DNA of 64,000 bases from an uncultured virus (IMG/VR IMGVR_UViG_3300023184_000084) (Duplodnaviria; Heunggongvirae; Uroviricota; Caudoviricetes), in the IMG/VR virus record IMGVR_UViG_3300023184_000084; one strand, written 5' to 3'. The position numbers and the translations under genes are program-made. Numbering within the stretch: the first letter of the stretch is position 1; each line of letters begins with the position of its first letter. Below, one piece after another: positions 57,778-64,000 of this stretch. The notes below the pieces were generated by a model that saw only the letters and a list, made by a program, of their open reading frames with translations, was not told where the DNA came from and searched no databases.

Positions 57778-58829
57778 TCTGTTACCTCTTCTGTCTTAAA
57801 TATCTTTCCTCTAACATATGTTTGAGTGACCCCGTCTTTAGTTAACTGAACATCATAATAAGAGGTTCGAGGTAACATACGTGTCTGTGTTCCAGTGAGT
57901 GCTAATTTTAGAGTACGAAGGCCTGCTCCGTCTGCTGTACCGACATTTGGAAATGTAATTGTAAAAGTTGTTATAACTCCAGGAATACCTACTCCTAGAA
58001 TATCTGCTTTTGCGGTATAGGTATCCACTTCAAAATCAAGAACGATAGTAAACTCGTAGGCATCTCCCTCATAGACAAAGAGGTCCTGAGTAACAATTGA
58101 TACTGGAGTTTCCACATTGCCATAGGTAGGAGTAGGCAGGTGGACACGGGTAGCGGCTGAGCGGTCGTCGATCTCTTGTGGTTGAAAGATTGGTACGTAG
58201 TGATTAGTAGTCTTAGAAATTCTGCGGAAACTAAAGACATCAATTTTATAAAGACCAATACCAAGTTGGGAACACAACTCTTTGTACTGCTGTTTTCTAG
58301 ATTCAATCATCTGCATTAATTGTTGATAACGTTCAGACCTTGGAATTGTTACACCATCTGGAGCAAAGACGTTAATATCAAAAGCAGCATCATTAGCCAA
58401 TGCATAAAGGGCTAAAGTTGATGCGTAAATAACTACGGGATACTCTTCAAGTGCAGGCATATTCTGCAGACTAACACTGCGACCGTAGGCATCGGTGTGG
58501 AAGGCTGAGTGTTCTAAAAACGCTGTGCTTATGTAAGATTGAACTTCGGTTGTTGTAAAGTATCTAAAGTAGTTTCCAGCAACAATTATTGCAGCATCTG
58601 CCGCAGGCACCGTATCAAAAACAATATAACCAGTTGCTTCTTCAACCTCTACATCATCAGATACATCTGTTCCGTTTAAGTTAATTATTAGATTTAATCC
58701 ATCTAAAGGGGAGTAAGGAATTAGGTAGCGGTTAGTAGTCCCATCAGCAGTAAACTGATAAACAAAAGACTTTGGGATATCGCCAATTTCAGACCGTAAT
58801 CGATCCGCTAGGCTTGCAATCGTAGCCAC
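57774..58829 (-). CDS. head-tail adaptor with extra beta domains
   Basis: RLR.EIGD N-terminus; C-terminal YDVQL.....T...G BppU-like domain; follows capsid genes. Confidence 0.6.
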   Translation of the reverse strand: MATIASLADRLRSEIGDIPKSFVYQFTADGTTNRYLIPYSPLDGLNLIINLNGTDVSDDVEVEEATGYIVFDTVPAADAAIIVAGNYFRYFTTTEVQSYISTAFLEHSAFHTDAYGRSVSLQNMPALEEYPVVIYASTLALYALANDAAFDINVFAPDGVTIPRSERYQQLMQMIESRKQQYKELCSQLGIGLYKIDVFSFRRISKTTNHYVPIFQPQEIDDRSAATRVHLPTPTYGNVETPVSIVTQDLFVYEGDAYEFTIVLDFEVDTYTAKADILGVGIPGVITTFTITFPNVGTADGAGLRTLKLALTGTQTRMLPRTSYYDVQLTKDGVTQTYVRGKIFKTEEVTE

Positions 58830-58887
58830 ATAACCTCCGTTAAAATTCTATGCCAATCATCTCGTGTATTAAGAATTTATTCAGCGC

Positions 58888-58947
58888 AAAAATAAAAAGG
58901 TCCAACTCCCAACTGGGAGGAGGGCGGGAACCAGTTGAGAGTCGGAC
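58888..58947 (-). terminator. long stem-loop + U-tract ending the capsid transcript
   Basis: 17-bp stem 58900-58916 / 58931-58947 followed by CTTTTTATTTTT on minus strand. Confidence 0.75.
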
Positions 58948-58966
58948 TACTAGCGACGGCTAGTCT

Positions 58967-59338
58967 TTAGTTTGGCCGCCAAATGTAACCTAGTTGTTCT
59001 AGGTAATCGGCAAGAGATTTTGGAACCCTGTACTTAACACCTGCTTTAAAGGTGTAGGTATTGCCAACTCCATAACTCATGTCATCAATGTCGGTGATTG
59101 TGCGAATGACAACCATGTCACCTGCAGTTGAAACTCCAACATTCTCGATTTCATCCAGCACTAATGGTGCATCTGGTTTTTTAGGATCAAAGACATCTCT
59201 TTCTAGACTCTCTGATTCAAGTTGAGTAGCGATAGAAATTTCTTCTTTACGCTTTTTTAATGCTTCTGCATTTTTCTTTGCTGCTTGCTCCGCTGCTTTG
59301 CCTGTTGCATCAAGCGGACTTGTTTGTGTGTTTGCCAC
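58967..59338 (-). CDS. head-associated hypothetical protein
   Basis: Y.FKAG.KY.VP..LA.YLE..G; TAGGAG RBS. Confidence 0.75.
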   Translation of the reverse strand: MANTQTSPLDATGKAAEQAAKKNAEALKKRKEEISIATQLESESLERDVFDPKKPDAPLVLDEIENVGVSTAGDMVVIRTITDIDDMSYGVGNTYTFKAGVKYRVPKSLADYLEQLGYIWRPN

Positions 59339-59364
59339 GGTGTTTATTCTCCTAAGTTAGTTAG

Positions 59365-59407
59365 TGATGGCTGGGAGCCAAAAAAGGAGTAAGGCTCCCA
59401 GACATCA
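59365..59407 (-). terminator. stem-loop after major capsid gene
   Basis: TGATGGCTGGGAGCC / GGCTCCCAGACATCA, 13-nt loop; no U-tract. Confidence 0.55.
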
Positions 59408-59421
59408 GGTAAAGCGATTTA

Positions 59422-60549
59422 TTAGTTGGTGTAAACCTTAACAATTGCTTGATCGGTAATTACGCCAAGACCCCAGATTGCATACCAAGCAAGAGCGTGC
59501 TCACGACCGAAGTCAAGAACGCCACCATCACGAAGTTCAACTGGAAGAGAGATTGCGTGACCAAATGCGTTGTCACCAATCATGATTGATTCGTAAACTT
59601 CAGCACCGTTACCAGTTGCTGATGTTAGGTAACCTTTTTCTGCTGTGTAATTTGCAGACTCTGGGTTTCCACCACTTCCTGGAGCAGTGTTAGCCTTAAC
59701 AGGAACTTCAATTTGAGATGCTGGAATACCAACAGAAGTTGAAGTTGTGTATGCAGCGTTAACTGATAGTTTTTTAACCTGTGTTGTTTCGATGAATACT
59801 ACGTCGTATAGACGACCGATTTCACCTAGCATGAAGTTACCTGGAGCAGCGTACTTAGTTACTTCGATGAACTCTGGGTTCGAACGAATATCACGTGACT
59901 GCTTTGGGTGTACGAACTGTACGTATGTCTCGCCTAAACGAGGGATGTTCTTACCAGCAAGGGTAAGAGCAGCATCCTTTACAGCACCAGTTGATAACTT
60001 GTAGTTACCATCAAGGTCTGACATTTGTGTTGCTACTGTACCTTCGTTGTACCAGTCATTAACACCTTGTACTGATGAACGGTCATAACCGAACACTGCA
60101 GAAGTTGCTGCAGATAGAGTGTTACGTGCTTGTACATCTAGGTATTGCGCCATTTGGCGTCCTAGAAGACGAGATGCTGAAGCCATTACATCATCAAATG
60201 ATGCATTAAGTAGCAACTCAGAAACAGCAACGGCATAACCGTGTTCTGCTACTGTGATTGCAATTTGCTCTGCAGTAAGTGCATTCGTAGTCATACGAAC
60301 ACCTTCTGTTAGAGGAGTTGGATCTACTGCGAAGTTCTTGTAACGAAGGAAGTTCACACGAAGACCAGGTGCTACACCTAGTTCAGTCTTCTTAACTGCG
60401 AATTGTTCGAAACGAAGAATTGGCATTGCCTGGAACAAAATTTCTTTCGACCAGATTGTTTGAATTGCTTGGCTCAGGCTTGTATTTGAGCCTGAGTATG
60501 CGGTTGGGGCTCCTGCGAGTTGCCCTGTACCTGTAATTGCACTTGCCAT
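59422..60549 (-). CDS. major capsid protein (N4-gp56-like family)
   Basis: LTEGV, EHG..V.VS, VHP.Q..D, GEIG....V.F.ET, DFGR. Confidence 0.93.
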   Translation of the reverse strand: MASAITGTGQLAGAPTAYSGSNTSLSQAIQTIWSKEILFQAMPILRFEQFAVKKTELGVAPGLRVNFLRYKNFAVDPTPLTEGVRMTTNALTAEQIAITVAEHGYAVAVSELLLNASFDDVMASASRLLGRQMAQYLDVQARNTLSAATSAVFGYDRSSVQGVNDWYNEGTVATQMSDLDGNYKLSTGAVKDAALTLAGKNIPRLGETYVQFVHPKQSRDIRSNPEFIEVTKYAAPGNFMLGEIGRLYDVVFIETTQVKKLSVNAAYTTSTSVGIPASQIEVPVKANTAPGSGGNPESANYTAEKGYLTSATGNGAEVYESIMIGDNAFGHAISLPVELRDGGVLDFGREHALAWYAIWGLGVITDQAIVKVYTN

Positions 60550-60583
60550 TTAGGTCAAGTCCTTTCCTAGTAGTTGTTTGGGA

Positions 60584-61351
60584 TTAACCGAACAGTCCCT
60601 GACCACGATTGCTGGCTGCTGTGCCAAGTAGTTTGGCTCTTTGTTTCGCATAATCCGCCAATGACATTTCCCTGATCGAATCAGGTGAGTACGATTTTTG
60701 TTCCGAATCATTATCGAGGGGTCCTGCGGCAGGATTAGTAATTCTAGTTCCTGCCATTTGTTGTCTTGCGCTTTGCATTGCCTGTTGAGCAGATGACAAA
60801 ATTCGAGCAGATTTTTCTTTCAACATTGCGATGCTCTGCTCTACTTCATCTGCACTGTTGCCGTCAATCAAGTCAATCAATTCAGGAACAATATTGTCCC
60901 GCTCTTGCTCAACTCTTTGTTGACGATAATTCATAACTTCTTGGAACTTACGTTCCTGTTCTAATAGAGCAAAGGCACGTTCTCTCTCAAGACGCTCAGC
61001 CTCTAATTGAGACTGAAATTCTTGCTCCTTCTTTTTTAGGAGGTCTTTAAAAGAAAGTTCAGATTCCTCTTCTTCTTTCTTTTGTGCTTCTTTGCGAACT
61101 AACTCTTCAGCAACACGTTGTTCACGTTCTGCTTCTTTAGCGGCTTGTTCTTCACGAGCCTTCTTTAAAGATGATAGTTCTTCTTTCATCTTTTCCATCT
61201 GAGGGTATAACTTTGCTTTCTCTTGTTCACGAGCCTTAGCAATGTCTTCTGCGCTATACACAGAACCTACCTCACTTGGATTTTCTTGTGCTGGTATTGC
61301 TGCCAGAATTTCTGGTGACAATAGATCAGCGGTTTCTACTGTATTTTCCAT
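60584..61351 (-). CDS. scaffolding protein
   Basis: Glu/Lys/Gln coiled coil between portal and capsid; MSLADYAK.R..L tail. Confidence 0.85.
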   Translation of the reverse strand: MENTVETADLLSPEILAAIPAQENPSEVGSVYSAEDIAKAREQEKAKLYPQMEKMKEELSSLKKAREEQAAKEAEREQRVAEELVRKEAQKKEEEESELSFKDLLKKKEQEFQSQLEAERLERERAFALLEQERKFQEVMNYRQQRVEQERDNIVPELIDLIDGNSADEVEQSIAMLKEKSARILSSAQQAMQSARQQMAGTRITNPAAGPLDNDSEQKSYSPDSIREMSLADYAKQRAKLLGTAASNRGQGLFG

Positions 61352-61481
61352 AGATTTCACTTATCTTTCTTGGGTCGTTGTCCGAATGCCTTTCGGCGTA
61401 TCACTGGTTTTTAACAAGATAATTGCAGTCTATTAAACTGCATATGTCTCGGTAAAATCTGATTTTACATCAGAATTTTAA

Positions 61482-63218
61482 TTAATCCCTGTCTACTGTT
61501 CTTCTTTGTGGAATTTTTGTTCCATAAGCGTCAGTGACAAGTTTGTTTCTTATCTCAGCCTCTGCTTCAACTTCCATGCCTTTTGTTTCTTGACTGGCTG
61601 GATTTAAAGGATTATCAGCATCTTGAGGGCCCTGCATTCCGTCACCCATCATGTCTCCATCACCTATAACGGTAGGCTGCATTGGAATAGCACTATTACC
61701 ATCGGGTCCTGGCATCATGCCAGTCATGTCCATAATCTGTTTTTGAATTTGAATTTTTATAAGTTGTAGAGCACCATCAGCCTCAGCATCGGCCATGAGT
61801 TCTTTACGAATTTCTTGCAACTTCTCTTCAGGGAATTCTTCACCAAGTTGACGTAATGCACCCTCTTTAGACTCAAGTCCCATACCCAATTTAGTTTGAA
61901 GTTCATTAAGAACAATTAGTTTATCAAGAGGTAGAGGTTGTGGAAACTGTGCATAGTTAATGTAAGTAACGGGATCATTAGGATCTAGTTGTGGATACTG
62001 ACCTTCTTTGATTGGTCCATCTTCATCTGGATTATAAATAAATGTCTGTGGTTCTTTAACTGCAAGAGTCTTCATTACTAATTCGTTTATCTTTTCTAAA
62101 CCTTTACCATACTGTGCAACTTTTTGGGAGTAACGATTCATCAATGGTTGGTATTGAATAGAAAGAGCAACGCCAGAAGTATTTGAAATTGGTTGAACTT
62201 GTCCCAGTGCGGTTTCTGGAATGTTCATGAGTTCATGCATTGAGCGCTTTAATAGTTCTAGGTACTTTAAGGCTCCGTCTATACCTTGTGCACCACCTTC
62301 TAAGTTGAAGACTTGAGCATCTTTTGGAAGACCGCCCCAAACCTTCTTAGCGCCTTTTTCTAAGTTAGAGGCTTTAGCACCCACGATTACCGTTACTGGC
62401 GATGCGTGGTAGTTAATGATGTCTGCAACATCAGTGCTAATTTCGTTATATGCACGGTTTATAGTGATGATGTCGTGTGCGTCCGAGAGACCCCACGGTG
62501 ATCCTGAAACAGGAACATTAGGAATATGAACTACAGGAATTACGCCCAAAGGATTTGGACGTGAATCAATTAGTTCATCATTTACGTACTCTTCAATAAT
62601 GTCATCAGTAAGAATTTCAGTATAAGTAAATACTTGACGAGTACCTTCTAAAGATGTACCCCAGAAACGATATTTTTGTTTAAATCTTAAAAGTCTATTT
62701 CTATCATGTGGATGAAATTCTGGAAAACAGAAAGAGGAGTTCATAGGAAGAATACGAACACGACCAGGATGTAATAATCCTGCAGAGTCTGTCCAAGGTT
62801 CTTCGTATGCTACTTTAACAAAACAATCTCCTGTAATTCCGCCTTGCTGTCCCATTTCAAGTAGGACACGCATCTTGTCATTATCTACCGTCCAAACCCG
62901 TTCCAACCTGTCAGGTACAATCGCTTCAGTCGCTTTCGGAGACCTATAATGAACCCCACGACCAAAAGTAAAACGGGAAAGATAATCATTAAACGCCCGA
63001 TAGTAGTTAACAGCAATTTGCATTTCGCCTTGCTCACGACGGTACCCCCAATGGTGACCTAGATACATTGCCCAATTTAATGAATAACGGTTTAGGCGAG
63101 GACCATGAACTTCAAATTCTTCGTCAGCAAGTTCTACTAATCCAAGTGGAGAAATAGAAATAGTTAAATCAGATGATGCCGCTCTATATGACGGCGGACT
63201 AAAGTCCAAAAATGACAT
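61482..63218 (-). CDS. portal protein (SPP1-like)
   Basis: NPLG.IPVVHIPN.......G.SD, SGVAL; size and position. Confidence 0.92.
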   Translation of the reverse strand: MSFLDFSPPSYRAASSDLTISISPLGLVELADEEFEVHGPRLNRYSLNWAMYLGHHWGYRREQGEMQIAVNYYRAFNDYLSRFTFGRGVHYRSPKATEAIVPDRLERVWTVDNDKMRVLLEMGQQGGITGDCFVKVAYEEPWTDSAGLLHPGRVRILPMNSSFCFPEFHPHDRNRLLRFKQKYRFWGTSLEGTRQVFTYTEILTDDIIEEYVNDELIDSRPNPLGVIPVVHIPNVPVSGSPWGLSDAHDIITINRAYNEISTDVADIINYHASPVTVIVGAKASNLEKGAKKVWGGLPKDAQVFNLEGGAQGIDGALKYLELLKRSMHELMNIPETALGQVQPISNTSGVALSIQYQPLMNRYSQKVAQYGKGLEKINELVMKTLAVKEPQTFIYNPDEDGPIKEGQYPQLDPNDPVTYINYAQFPQPLPLDKLIVLNELQTKLGMGLESKEGALRQLGEEFPEEKLQEIRKELMADAEADGALQLIKIQIQKQIMDMTGMMPGPDGNSAIPMQPTVIGDGDMMGDGMQGPQDADNPLNPASQETKGMEVEAEAEIRNKLVTDAYGTKIPQRRTVDRD

Positions 63219-63481
63219 TACTTCTTGCCTTTATCTTTTTCTTTTTTAGAATTCTTTGTGTCTTTGTTACTTTCACGTTCTTTATTTTTTGCGTTCTCTT
63301 GTTTTTTCTTAGCCATATTTGCCCGACGACTTGCTTCAGTTGTTTCAACATACTGTCCGCCTGCTTGTTGATACTTTTTACTTACCCATGCCGATGCTCC
63401 AGGATTTGGATAGTTAGAATATTTTGCTCGTGCTTGAGCAACAAACATCGCATACAGTTTTGGGTTAGCAGGTTTACGCAT
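63218..63481 (-). CDS. basic small protein (DUF5872-like)
   Basis: P.NPKLY......A..KY..YP.....W....Y...GG.Y. Confidence 0.7.
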   Translation of the reverse strand: MRKPANPKLYAMFVAQARAKYSNYPNPGASAWVSKKYQQAGGQYVETTEASRRANMAKKKQENAKNKERESNKDTKNSKKEKDKGKK

Positions 63482-63502
63482 TTACGTCTCCTCCGTAGAT
63501 GA

Positions 63503-63541
63503 CCAATCTCCGCTCATACCTTATAGTATGAACGGAGTTGG
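63503..63541. terminator. intergenic stem-loop
   Basis: CCAATCTCCGCTCATAC / GTATGAACGGAGTTGG imperfect inverted repeat. Confidence 0.45.
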
Positions 63542-63556
63542 GTGTTAATAAGTAAC

Positions 63557-63952
63557 TTAGTCGTTTACGACTGTTGGGGACTGACGTTGAGTCCGTCCAC
63601 CTGAACGAGCAACTGTCTCAATCTGTGCTGCTGAGTAGTCGTTCATTGTTCCATGAGCAAACTCACCAAGAAATGTTGGTGCTTCTGTCCATGATGCAGA
63701 ACCTACGTGAGCACGTTCTGCAAGTGTTTCTGCAGCAGGTTTTGTATGAACTGGTGCATTACGATTTGGACGACCTGCAGCGACGGCTGAACCTTGTTGC
63801 ATTCCTAATTGAAAATCGTTTGGAATATCGGTATCAGTTGCGACACCCTCTTCAAAACGTAGTGGTCCACGGCGAGTTGCATTATCTGCACCCTTGCGCT
63901 CATAAACCTGTGGTGCACGCTCTGGGAAGCGAGGTGCTGGTGATATTGTCAT
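63557..63952 (-). CDS. conserved phage hypothetical protein
   Basis: GPLRFEEG.ATDTD.P; ERAHVGSA.W.EAP; TAAGGAG RBS. Confidence 0.8.
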   Translation of the reverse strand: MTISPAPRFPERAPQVYERKGADNATRRGPLRFEEGVATDTDIPNDFQLGMQQGSAVAAGRPNRNAPVHTKPAAETLAERAHVGSASWTEAPTFLGEFAHGTMNDYSAAQIETVARSGGRTQRQSPTVVND

Positions 63953-64000
63953 TTATGACTCCTTAAGGATTGAATTGGGAAAGGCCTTTTCCTTGGTAAT

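Noticed and set aside
1..64000. Alternative genetic code, tRNA genes, integrase, introns/inteins
   Set aside because: TAA, TAG and TGA all terminate full-length conserved genes; no tRNA, recombinase or splicing motifs were recognised by eye

Overview
A 64 kb segment of a tailed dsDNA phage with a contractile (myovirus-type) tail, almost entirely coded on the minus strand. A whiB gene, TANNNT leaderless-type starts and visibly low GC suggest a low-GC actinobacterial host such as freshwater acI (inference). Read in transcription order (right to left): portal, scaffold, major capsid and head-tail adaptor; a ~14.5 kb block of collagen-like and glycine-rich fibre genes interrupted by an oppositely oriented four-gene glycan-modification cassette; head closure; a translationally coupled array of tiny Lys-rich and Cys-rich peptides; tail terminator, sheath, tube, chaperone (probable +1 frameshift), tape measure with transglycosylase, and baseplate. 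A replication/recombination module follows: HTH initiator with internal iterons, DnaC-like loader, DnaB, primase, SNF2, SSB, PolA (Leu762), RecA, two resolvases, Cas4-like nuclease, WhiB, a secreted subtilase and SpoVS. The left end holds small orphan genes with shared N-terminal motifs and a nucleotidyltransferase / HAD-like / degenerate TGT-like operon. No terminase large subunit, endolysin, integrase, tRNA, CRISPR array or reverse transcriptase was seen. All family assignments come from motif recognition by eye, not database searches.
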